Source of the DNA: Rotaria sordida | Taxonomy: Eukaryota | Length of the DNA: 23,825 nt | Reading direction: 5' to 3' | NCBI GenBank assembly: GCA_905251635.1 | Contig: CAJNOT010002579.1 | Location: 1,574-25,398 of the forward strand | In this document: positions 10,000 through 20,599 of the stretch, in pieces | Numbering within the stretch: position 1 is the stretch's first letter | How the letters are laid out: every line of letters starts with the position of its first letter | Position numbers and translations under genes: made by a program | Notes under the pieces: model-generated | What the model saw: the letters and a program-made list of their open reading frames with translations, nothing else | Databases searched by the model: none | What the model was told of the DNA's origin: nothing

Positions 10000-11688
10000 G
10001 TATGTAATATTTGTTTCATCAAAGTATGCATGACAGATTTGAATGTAAACCTATCTAAAAGAGTTGGCGACAGTTCAATAGTTGTAGGCAGACTGTCTAA
10101 TGATATGTTTTCATCGAGACATCGATGCGATCTCAGATAGTATACATAATGACCAATAAAAGCTCGTTGCAACCCTTGAAGCACAATTACTACAGGATTA
10201 AGATTGATAGCATAATCGACCTAACGTGCGGTTGCGGGAAGAAATCCTAGTGATATGAATTATGATACTTTACTGAGTTAGAAGTAAAATGGGTTGACAA
10301 AAATTATCTCGGCCTGCAAAAACACGAATTGAAAAGGTACTCTACTTATCTCATGTTGTACTTAAAAATTGAATTTCCACCTGCTTTACTAAATGGAGTG
10401 CCCAAGCAGATTTGATCGTCCATGATAGAATAGTAATCAAATTGTGATTGATTCAGACATACACCGAATCCGATCGATCGAATTCAGTCTTGACTAAGCT
10501 TATTTACAGTGAATTGATCTAAGGAAGCAGAAGTAAGCCAAAAAAAAAATTTCAAACTTGGCTATACCAGATGTATGTATAATGAAATGAATGATTCAAT
10601 ATTAGAAGGTCTGCGAACATCCTAAGAACGGTCGATAATTTAACAAGTATTCGAATTTGAATCGGAATAAAAGGAACCTCAGAGTGTTTTCTTGATTGCC
10701 CGGATACTTCAACAAACATTTTTGTATAACTAACCAAGTACTACGTATGTACGGAAGCTGGAGGTTCGGGTTCGGTGAATTCAATTTGCATCGAAACTCG
10801 AGATCTGTTTCAGGATTTTGGTTTAATATTATCGTTCAGCTTTGGTATTGAATAGGCCGAATAGTATATTGATTGGCTTCTAACAATTACACTGTGATTA
10901 TAGACGAAATTTCTTCAGTATATCGTCCCTATTTTATTGTTTTCGATAAGAAAATGCACTCAAACTTAGGGACCAACTCTCTGTCCAGATGGATTTTATT
11001 TCTTTCATACAAATTGCAGATTGGTTTATTCCAAAACTCTTAATCACTTCATTAGGTATGTCAATTTATTTGACATGAAGCTATGTCACCAACGAAATTA
11101 TGACATGAATCAATATTTTTCACGGACTTATCACACTCTTCTCCACTAGTATGAGTTTTGCAACACAATAGAGAGATACAGGTTATGGAATATATCAATT
11201 CTTAATTTCTCCATCGGTTGCCTTATTTTTTGTAATCGATTATCTACTCATGATTTCCGTCTAATCCAGAAAAAGAAATAGTCCATAGATCCTTAAAATT
11301 TAGTGCCTTTCATTATTTTATTCCATCTGATATATTGCATGCTTAAGGAATACAATATCAGAAGTACACAAGATGCTTAGTGCTCCTCAGAATATCTTAA
11401 TTTTTTGATTTTTATTCAAGGCAAACTATCAAATTAAAGCAGATAGGACATTCATCATTATCTGATATATAAAATAATTACCACATCCATGATTTTGAAG
11501 AATTCTTTTGTTACTTTTTTTTGATATACAGAAATTATGGTAAAAGTTTTTTCTTACATATGAGAGACCGGATAAAATTTTAAAAGTTTATTACTATATC
11601 AGTAATTAAAAGCTCCAAATAGTTAACTGCATCTACGACTAAGGATTTAAAGAATTGCGTACGAAGCTTTGAACATTTCTATTTGCAG

Positions 11689-11805
11689 GAACCGTCTAAA
11701 TCTCCACTCACTGTTCAACAAAATTTCAGTAAGGTGAGAGTCGAACGACTTTCTAGGGAAGCCACCAGCCACATCCGTTCGTCCAACCAACCGACGACAA
11801 TAGAA
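11689..11805 (+). CDS. Exon (117 bp): EPSKSPLTVQQNFSKVRVERLSREATSHIRSSNQPTTIE
   Basis: Acceptor ttctatttgcag|GAA, donor GAA|gtatgt; phase 0-0; 56-nt intron to the next exon. Confidence 0.75.
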
Positions 11806-11861
11806 GTATGTGGAAAGTCCATTTATTGACTTGTTTTTAATCAAAATGTATGTATCTTCAG

Positions 11862-11978
11862 ATTTCTAAAGAAGATCGGCTGCGGCCTGAATCGTCGATG
11901 AAGGGTGTGCGCGTTGAAAGAATTCAAAGTGTACACAAAAATTATGATAGAGTTTTCGCAGAGTCAGCACCGAGCGAT
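11862..11978 (+). CDS. Exon (117 bp): ISKEDRLRPESSMKGVRVERIQSVHKNYDRVFAESAPSD
   Basis: Acceptor tgtatcttcag|ATT, donor GAT|gtatag; phase 0-0; 51-nt intron to the next exon. Confidence 0.7.
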
Positions 11979-12029
11979 GTATAGCGAGAAATTGTCCGTT
12001 AATAAAAGTAAATGATGTTTGCTATTTAG

Positions 12030-12179
12030 ACTCCAATTAAGCGTGAATCAAATGACTCACCCTTCAACAGTGATGTTCGCATAGGATCGGCGTATGATAA
12101 AATCAATGAAACTGACCTACCTTATGCAGTATCACCGACAAACAATTTCAATCCCACTACCTTTACAAGAATATCTCGC
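12030..12179 (+). CDS. Exon (150 bp): TPIKRESNDSPFNSDVRIGSAYDKINETDLPYAVSPTNNFNPTTFTRISR
   Basis: Acceptor tgctatttag|ACT, donor CGC|gtatgt; 50 codons open; phase 0-0. Confidence 0.75.
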
Positions 12180-12719
12180 GTATGTTTGTCTTAGTTCTAC
12201 AAACGTAGAAAATTTTCTGAGAAGGCATCCCTGGATTGATACTCAAAACATTTATTTTCAAAGCTAATCAGTCAATTTAAAGGATTCATTTCCGAATATA
12301 CTGTGCTGTTACTACTTTATTGACTGATTGTAGTTCAAAAATTCTTACTCCCTTTTGACACTGAATTCTGGAATTATATGAAATTTTCCTGGTATCATTT
12401 TGCAATCCAAAAAGTTCGACTGAAATGTGTCGTTCGCATGTACAAAAAATTTTGAATCCATTAGTTTTTCTACAACCATCAGTCATATCTTGATTTCTTG
12501 ATAGGGCACTCTGTGATTGAAACTTATGTCTCAGAAAATCACACAGATTTTCCTAAATTTCTCTAACCAAGCGATGCGTGATTGGCTATCTTCTAATTCA
12601 ACAGCTGGCATTTTATACTTTTTTTGAACTAAAAGAGTGTCCCCAAGCTTCTTTAGTTCTAAAGAAAGTTTTCGGGCAACCGCGAACTAATAAAAAATAG
12701 ACTCTCAAAGATTCCACAG

Positions 12720-12832
12720 GAATTTCACAAATCACACATTAACAATATAATAATTCCTTCGAATCGCAATCAGTAGACTATTCACAAAGCGATATAGTTC
12801 GGTCTCTTCCTGAGCAATCCATTACCAACTAT
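12720..12832 (+). pseudogene. Apparent degenerate copy of the 114-bp exon carrying a 1-nt frameshift (EFHKSHIN / QYNNSFESQSVDYSQSDIVRSLPEQSITNY)
   Basis: Acceptor gattccacag|GAA, donor-like TAT|gtagtt. Length 113 = 114 minus 1. The first frame starts E..KS..N like ESRKSEPN; the second frame, open from Q at position ~10, runs to the donor in phase 0. Confidence 0.4.
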
Positions 12833-13147
12833 GTAGTTGAGAAAAACTCTTTGAGAACTGAGTGAAATCAATGAAAACTTGCAAGAAAAAAGCCAACGGA
12901 CCCACCAAAGCATTTAAAACTTCCTAACTCAAAGTATGAATATTAACTTGAGTTTTTCAGAATCTGTTCTCGTCTGATGTGTGGCAAAAATTTTCCGAGT
13001 TTCATATCTTCGCTATCGACATAGTACTTTGAAGTAACCACTTTAATTTTGTAGCTATCTTATCGTAATCTTTCCACAGTTAAATATCGTATGACCGAGA
13101 GAAATTCGTAGAATTGCTCGTACACAATATGCATACATCCTTTACAG

Positions 13148-13278
13148 GCAACGAACAGTCCATATGATACTGACTTGTGGCTGACTAATGACTTTCCAAC
13201 TCGTCGGTCACAAATAACTCCTGCAAAAAACTCTGCGCCCTATATCAACGTCGTAGAGAATTTAATGGAAGAAACTCA
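13148..13278 (+). CDS. Exon: ATNSPYDTDLWLTNDFPTRRSQITPAKNSAPYINVVENLMEET(H)
   Basis: Acceptor catcctttacag|GCA, donor CA|gtaagt (phase 2); 73-nt intron to the TM exon, whose first base completes CAC (His). Confidence 0.75.
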
Positions 13279-13351
13279 GTAAGTAGGAAGATGAACGTTA
13301 TTGATTATTCAATCGATGTTAATCCTTTATTTTCGACATTTCTACATTTAG

Positions 13352-13467
13352 CCGAAAGAAACAAAGAAAATTTATGGGATGCCCTCCAATGTGTCTAATA
13401 TGCACATGTGCTTTATGCCTCGCTCTCATTGCAGCTGCCATCGCTTTGGCTCTGGCTTTGACTTTAA
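13352..13467 (+). CDS. TM exon: (H)RKKQRKFMGCPPMCLICTCALCLALIAAAIALALALTL(N)
   Basis: Acceptor tttctacatttag|CCG, donor A|gtgagt (phase 1). Basic RKKQRK followed by a ~25-residue hydrophobic Ala/Leu/Cys segment. Confidence 0.85.
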
Positions 13468-15155
13468 GTGAGTACTTTTTATTTCGTTTAAGAATTAGTT
13501 TCAAGAACACAAAAGAATAGTCAATACTTGCATATGAGACTCGACTTTCTGACGTAGACTATCTCCAGGATTCTTTTTCTTTGTGGTAGGGTAAATGAAG
13601 CAATATGGTTCGTAAGAAAAGTAGACAAAATATAAAAATAGGATTACCGCTCCGGTAAAAGTTGCTTCTAAAATTTTTAAAGTCATCAGTCAATAATTTA
13701 TTGAGTACAGTTACACTATGTAATCTGCACTTGTTTACTTAAAGGTCTCGAGAATTATAATTGGCCTCATATTAGAATTGTTCGAGCCAAGCAATTCGAA
13801 TGACTTCTACGAACACCTTTGTTTCTACAGGACATAAAATACTAGCTTTTCTACTAATTCATGAAATAGAAAATCTTTGAAAGATACTTCTAAGAAGTGT
13901 TCGGCAGCCAGAAATCGTTTATCTAATACCGGCAGACTAGTGCTTAGACCTCGTGTAGACAATCTCGATGTTTCTTTTGTTTTCGATTGACTTTGGTTTC
14001 CCGAAAAGAGATATAAGCACATCGACAACAAAATTAGCGATAAAATTCATCAGCAGAAGTAAAACGGATTGCCTATGTAAAGTAATATTTCGTGAATCAT
14101 TTTTTTGAAATTGACAGATCTGAATATATTGCTAGATGCAGCTTTTTACATTGATTACGACTTTAAAATTTGATTATCTAAAAAAATTGGCTTTTGGCAA
14201 CGAAAACCATAGTTCATATTGACTAACTAAGAGATTTTTTTCGAAAAGTGCTGAGCGATATACAATTCATTGCAGAATTCAAAACTTCTCAATATGACTT
14301 ATTCATTGTTATTACTATCAAGAACAACTTGCACATTATTGTAAGGTATGAAAGAAGAATATTCATGCAATTAACGCATTTCTGAGCGTGCTCAGTACCG
14401 CGAATTTCATCGAAAAAAGCATTATAACAGCGCTTCATTTCGTTTTCACATTTTTTATCTGAGCGAAAATACTTCAGCGAAATCTTTCTTAACATTTAAA
14501 AACCTATTTAATGATCTACAAAAATGGCTCTAGAAGCATTTCACTTGGAGAAGTACTTTCACCAGAAATTCCAGTTCTAGCAGTGGTACTAGAGAATAAG
14601 GTTTTTTTTATATGACAGCGTTACATAACGATCGAATCGTCTCAGATAATTGAAAAATGCATATCAAAAAACGAACAGCATTTCGTTTGAATAAGTCGAA
14701 AATTAACCACCACCAAAACATCGCACCATCTAATCCACCCAAGTGGGTCAGAGACAAAGGTAACAGTGAAGAATTTTATCTATCTGTTGTGCCCATAGAA
14801 AACTCGTCTTTCCGAAAGAATAGGGAAGAAATCGTTACTTTTCAGATTAATATAGACGAATGTTATGAATAAAGAAGTCACTCGCTGGTAGACTTCTAAT
14901 AGACAATGTAATTTTTTAATCAGATCAGAAATATTCTGATACAAAGGCATAAAAATCCTTTTTTTTTCTATGGAGAAAATATGCTTCAACTAATTCAGAA
15001 ACGGCAACAAGTAAGAATGCTCATCCCATTCGAGTAATATTCGAAGTTTTGCTGACCATGACTGTCTGATGGCTCAAATCTTAGTGAGAGTACCATCTTA
15101 TCAAATCAAAAATATACTGATTCACTGACAAAAACCATGTTCTTCTGTAATTAAG

Positions 15156-15281
15156 ATGCAACTTCCAAGACAACAACGGTAATAACAGCAGCAGAAACGA
15201 CATCGACAGACACAGCAACAACAGACACGACTACAGACACGGCAACAACAGAAACGACTACAATAGTAACAACTATCACCG
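15156..15281 (+). CDS. Thr-rich stalk exon: (N)ATSKTTTVITAAETTSTDTATTDTTTDTATTETTTIVTTIT
   Basis: 126 bp; acceptor taattaag|AT, donor G|gtaagt; phase 1-1. Codons alternate ACA/ACG/ACT, GAC/GAA and GCA, consistent with protein-level constraint on Thr. Confidence 0.8.
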
Positions 15282-17472
15282 GTAAGTGGACAGACTAAAT
15301 AGCCACATACTGCTTTCTACGGTATTTCCATGGAGAATTTCCCAATATTTGAAAATAGTTAAACTTTACATAGACCAAGATGGTTGTGCTAAGTCAAAAT
15401 TACATTTCAAATATCTCGAAAACCTGAGAAACGTCTTGTCATACAAGGAAACTCATGTAATCATGACCAGCCACGATCAAATAAAGCGTTTGGGGTTTGC
15501 AGTTTTTTTTCTCTCATTTTCAATGGATTTTTAGCCTTTCAAACTTCAAAGACCTATCTTGGTTGGACGAATACTACTTTTTCGTTAAGAGATTGCGTGT
15601 ATTTTAGACTCATGAAATAGATGGATTTTTAATAATTAAAACAACTTTATCTGCAAAACATAAATAAACAAAGTTGATCAATTTATGCAGTGCTCACAAG
15701 TCTTTATAAAACTGTTAGTTCTGTAGATTAACCTTTAACTGGTGTTCAGAAACTCAAAATTATCATACAGCAAGATAAATAACACTCAGGATACAATTCT
15801 GAAGTTTCGATTAGATAGAATGATTCGTAGAATCGACTAGTAAACTGTGAATAAAATCTCTTCAATAGAAATAAAAAGTTATTTTTCTTTGTATAACATT
15901 TGTTTTGAGAGAAACCAACAAAAAATAAGCGAGCTATCCGTAGTTGGATGATTCTAACGGATTTATAATTATAGAAATCAGAAAATTTCACGAAACTAAG
16001 CGGTGTAGAACCACCGCTAAGAATATCTGGATTTTTGCGCAAAATTACAGCATCGATTTCGAACATTTGATAAAATACATGTATCATCATCGAGAAGTTA
16101 GCAAAGAAAAATTTCCAGTCGCCTCTTTCTTTATATATTATTAGCGCTTTTTGACCAATCAGGGAGATCTACAATCAAAGAAGCTGTTCAATATAATGTA
16201 ATCCCTATAGTTCAAGGATGGATAGCTTGAATTTCAGATCACTGAGCCATTTTTCGTAGATTTCTCGTGTAAACGAATCTTTTAAAACCACTCTTCTAAA
16301 CTACTTAATTTTCAGAGTTAGTCTTTCAGATCTATCGAAATCCAATGTATGATTTTCAATACATAACTCTTTGGTTTATCTCATAAATCAGTTATTTCTA
16401 TGATGTTGTTTTGGTGATTTTTCATTCTGAGTGGCTTTTCTCGACCAGTTTCTGGACTGTATATTTTATCATATTTTGTACAAGCGATTTCGTGTGTTCT
16501 TCTTCTGATTGGATATTATTTATAGCCAGTTAGGATCAGCATCATTCTTATAAGATACAAGGGAGGGTTTGTGTGTTTATCTGCCAAAGTAATAAATAAA
16601 GGTCATGGTTATGAGTAAAGAGAAGGCCTGTCCTCACACGCGATGCTGCTTGTAAAGTCATAGTTCAAACAAAAAAGAAATCCTCAAAAACATTAAATTT
16701 GAAGATTATTTGATCTGGCCAATCTATGAATTTAAATTGAAAAAAATCTTGAAATTAATATCAACGGACAACATTCTCTATGGAAATGATTTCTAAGTAT
16801 TCTTCATCCAAAAATTTAAAACCATGAAAAATCTAAAAGTTCGTTATTTTTTATAATGACAAAAAAAATCAAAAGAATACAACAGTACTTTTTACTCTTG
16901 ACTTTGAAATACGTCACACTATATACGACTGAAGTAAAATGTCATCAACGCCTCAGTCGTTTTCTCTGAGATGGAGATTTCATTTTTGCAGATACTACAG
17001 GAATTCTGTAACAACAGTGCTTAAGAAAAGATTGCGTAGGAGCGTTAACACAGAAGATTCGAAATAGAAAATATGAAGCATTTTTATGTGATCTGTCAGA
17101 GAATGGTTAGAAAAACGAATAGTAGACTGAGTCACACACAAAAATAAACAGGCAATTCTTTTGAAGTTAAGCCTGCAGACATGAGACTATTCAGTGTTGC
17201 GAATGAAAATATAACAGTTGCAAGATTTGAGGCAGTAACAAAGAATTATTCATATTCATACAGGCAATAGTTAAAAAAACGTGTTTCAGATAGGCGGACA
17301 AACAACATTAATTATTTGGCTTTGTACAGACCCAATAAACAGTCTGGGAAAAGTTTCAACGAATAATTATTTAAATATTAATTTAGAATATACATTGTAA
17401 AGTTGAGAAATGCATGCGGTCTATCTTTTTATCATTCCCTATCGGGAACTGATGAGTCCAAGTTTCTCAGTA

Positions 17473-17487
17473 TATATATATATATTG
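17473..17487. repeat. Short (TA)n microsatellite
   Basis: tatatatatatata within ...ctcagtatatatatatatattgaac. Confidence 0.8.
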
Positions 17488-17931
17488 AACACTTATTTCT
17501 AATTGTATTTCGAATAAAAGCAAAGCAGAGCAATAGATCCATTAGTGTACAATATGGTCCGTATAAATCAACAAGCCTGTGTTCACAGATTGGCCGTTTG
17601 TTCTTAAGTCTCGATCTATGTTGCATCTTGCCTGCCTCCTGTGATATCTTTAGTTCTTCGAGCGCTGCTATTCTCTGTGACTGACTCCTCTCATTCACAA
17701 GATATTATTCTTAAGCTCGAAGTTCCACTATTGGTTTGAGCTAACAAATCATTATACTCAAAATTTTTTGTTTTTGAATTTTAATCCCAGCCTATATCTC
17801 ATCTGGAAGGAGTAAAGACTTTCTGTATAAATATTGAAGAATAAATTGAAATCTATTTCTCGATCCACTAAAAGGATACTATGTAGCACATGAAGTTTGA
17901 AATATAATTAGAAATTATTATATTCATTTAG

Positions 17932-18089
17932 TTACTACCGCGACTACAACTACAGTAGATCCAGCTAAAAATCTGTCTCATACAATGTTTGCTGTTGTCC
18001 ATCGGTCAATATCGAACGAACACTTCAGATTACCTCGAATATTTGAATGGAGTGTTTGTCCTGACTTTACATTTATGATGTCATCTTGA
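17932..18089 (+). CDS. Continuation of Thr-rich stalk: (V)TTATTTTVDPAKNLSHTMF...; true 3' boundary uncertain (open until TGA at 18087-18089)
   Basis: Acceptor tattcatttag|TTACTACC, phase 1 in (G|TT = Val). Coding character is clear only for the first ~14 codons. Confidence 0.45.
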
Positions 18090-18349
18090 TTTGAAACACC
18101 AGTTGTCAATTTATTTCATAGTCTCTCACGTAGTTGAATCGATATTTTTTTAAAAATAATCGAATACGTTCAGATCACTTGTAGGAAAGATCTCCCATTC
18201 AACCTTTACGATGTGTCAGTAGATAGTTGAACACATTATTATTCCAGACGATTCGTGTTTCTTATTTTTCTTCGCTGCTTTGTCGCACCTATCTCAATTC
18301 TTTGATGTAGTCAATACATGAATAGAGGTATTGTGATAACTATTTAGTT

Positions 18350-20440
18350 AGAACACTTTCAGCGATTGTGTTTTACATTCAAATTAGTTACTTCAGTGAA
18401 GCAAGATAGTTGAACAACTTCGTGTATTTTAGCTAGATTCATTTGTCAAGAGATCTTTGTCACTGTGATCTAGTGAAACACCGCTTTGAAGCCTGAGATT
18501 TACTTGAATGGAATCCTGATTAGAATGATGCATTTGTCAAGAGATCATTACAGATGTGATAAGTGATATACTTCACTTTGAATGAAACAATATATCTGAA
18601 TTTACTCATCCTTAAAACGATTTATCTACCAAAAGATATTTGCTAATGCAATAGGCGATAAACTTCGCTTTGAAATAACCGATATATTTGAATTATCTCA
18701 TCCTTAAGATAATTTATTTATCAAAAAATCTTTGTCAATGTTTTCGATTGGCATAATTTGCTTTGAAGAGAGCAATATATTTGAATAGAACTCTGGTTAT
18801 AAATTTTCATTTTTCAAGTAACCTTTCTTTATGTGTCTGAGTAACGTACTCCGCTCTGACATGAGCAATGCACTTGAATGAAATCATGGTTATAAATATC
18901 CATTTGTTAAAAGATATTTGCTCATCGAATGGAGTGACACAGTTTGTTCCGAAGTGCACGAAATACTTGAATGAAGCACTGCTCCTACTAATTCATTTAT
19001 CAAGAGATCTTTTCTAATGTGATCGAGTGACACAATTACTTAGAAATTATCGAAATACTTGAATAAAATTCTAATCATATTAAAACACTTGTCCAGAGAT
19101 CATTTCGGACGTGATCGAATGAGATGCTTTACTCAGAAGCGATCAAAATACTTAAATGAAACACTAATCATACTAAAACACTTGTCAAGGGATCATTTCG
19201 AATATGATCAAGTGACAGACTTTGTTTCAAAACGACCGATATACGTGAATGGAATCCTATTTATCGTAATGCATTTGTCAAGAGATCTTCTCGGACGTGA
19301 TCATGTGACAGCTTCGCTTTAAGCTTAGTGACATACTTAAATAAATTCATACTTAGAACGATTCATTTACTCGTTCAACTTCGATCGTTTGATTTTGTCT
19401 GAGCTATCTCTTAAGAAAAAGCCATATTTGTACGACGTCTTTGTCAGAAGTAATGTTTTAACATGTACATTGTCATGATTTAGTATAGTGAGATGTTTCA
19501 TCTCGAAGTGATTGTTGTACTAGAATCGAAACATGGTTAGAATGATTCATTTTGTCAAAAGGTCTTATCTGATGTGATTGCGTGGGACACGTCATTGCAA
19601 AGCGAGTGATATACTTGGACGTAATCCTGTTCAGAATAATTTACTTATCAAGTAATCTTTGCTGATTTGATCGAGTCACAGATTTCGTTTGGAAGTGAGC
19701 GATACATTTGAACAGAATTATTATCAAACTAATACATTGATCATGCATCTTTAATCAGGACGTATAATATTTACTAGGCTAGTTAGGCGTGACATATCTG
19801 AAAGAATTTTTTGTTTGGCCTAATCATTTTTCAGGTGTCCTGATCAGCGAAGGTGAAAATGAATTTCGTTTTTTTTTTGGACGTTATTCTGGAATAAAAT
19901 TCTCCTTAGAACAATTCATTTGTCAAGAGGTCTTTGCCAATGTGATCGAGTGACAAACTTCACTAGAAGGTGTGCCATATATTTGAATGGAACTCTACTA
20001 ATAACAATGCATCTGTCAACGGATCTTTATTGATATAATTGAGTAACACAACTGGCTACGACGTTAGCGTTATATTCGAACTGAATTCTGATAAGAAAAA
20101 TTCACGTGTCAAGAGATCTTGACTGACATAGTAGAGTGACATCCCCTGCTACGAAGGGTGCAATATACTAGAATGAAATTCTCGTCAGAATGATTCATTT
20201 ATCAATAGGTCTTTGCTGATATAATTGAGTGGCACATCTCGTGACGAAGTGACCAATATACTTGAATGGAATTCTAGTAATAAAAATTCATTTATGAAAA
20301 GATTATTTATGGTATGGGTGGATGACGCCCGTTGTCACACAGGGAGCCATATTTTTAAATATAACCTTCGTTAGAAGAATTCATCATTCAAATTGTCTTC
20401 GGCAATGTGATGAAATAATCTACTCCATGCACAAATGAAT
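18350..20440 (+). repeat. Degenerate tandem satellite, subfamily A, period ~91-95 bp
   Basis: Core 'TTGAATGGAATYCTGRTTAGAATGATTCATTTGTCAAGAGATCTTTGCTGATGTGATCGAGTGACA'. The GTCAAGAGATC-like anchor recurs at ~18445, 18536, 18627, 18720, 18815, 18906, 18999, 19092, 19184, 19277, and later at ~19922, 20015, 20108, 20201, 20294. Confidence 0.9.
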
Positions 20441-20599
20441 AGCTTATTTGAATACAAATTTGGTTAGAAGGATTCGTTTGACTGGTGATTTCTATTGGTA
20501 AGATGGGTGAACATCACTTGGTTTGAAGTAGTGATATACTTAAACAAAACAATTGTTGATTTCTATTACATACTTCGTTGTATCACATCGTCTTATCTA

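Larger units (their letters stand above)
9702..17980 (+). other. Predicted multi-exon gene: polar N-terminal repeats, single TM segment, Thr-rich stalk; 5' and 3' limits not defined
   Basis: Chain of open segments with AG acceptors and mostly gta/gtg donors whose phases agree at every proposed junction (0-0, 0-0, 0-0, 0-0, 0-0, 2-2, 1-1, 1-1). Confidence 0.7.

Noticed and set aside
12890-13030. Additional possible exons (KKPTDPPKHLKLPNSK, NLFSSDVWQKFSEFHIFAIDI)
   Set aside because: Good-looking local splice sites, but the phases do not chain consistently with the flanking exons; left out pending transcript data.
15746-16144. ORFs of 114 and 66 aa on opposite strands
   Set aside because: Phe/Tyr/Ile-rich translations typical of AT-rich non-coding DNA, located inside the predicted stalk intron.
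17403-17698. Overlapping plus/minus ORFs of 93 and 88 aa
   Set aside because: No splice context or recognisable motif; composition is filler-like in both frames. The minus frame (RSQRIAALEELKISQEAGKMQHRSRLKNK) is mildly coding-like but unsupported.
19059-19322. 87-aa ORF MNKILIILKHLSRDHFGRDRMRCF... as a repeat protein
   Set aside because: It is a read-through of the ~92-bp satellite; the internal 'LKHLSRDHF' repeats mirror the DNA repeat and neighbouring units are full of stops.
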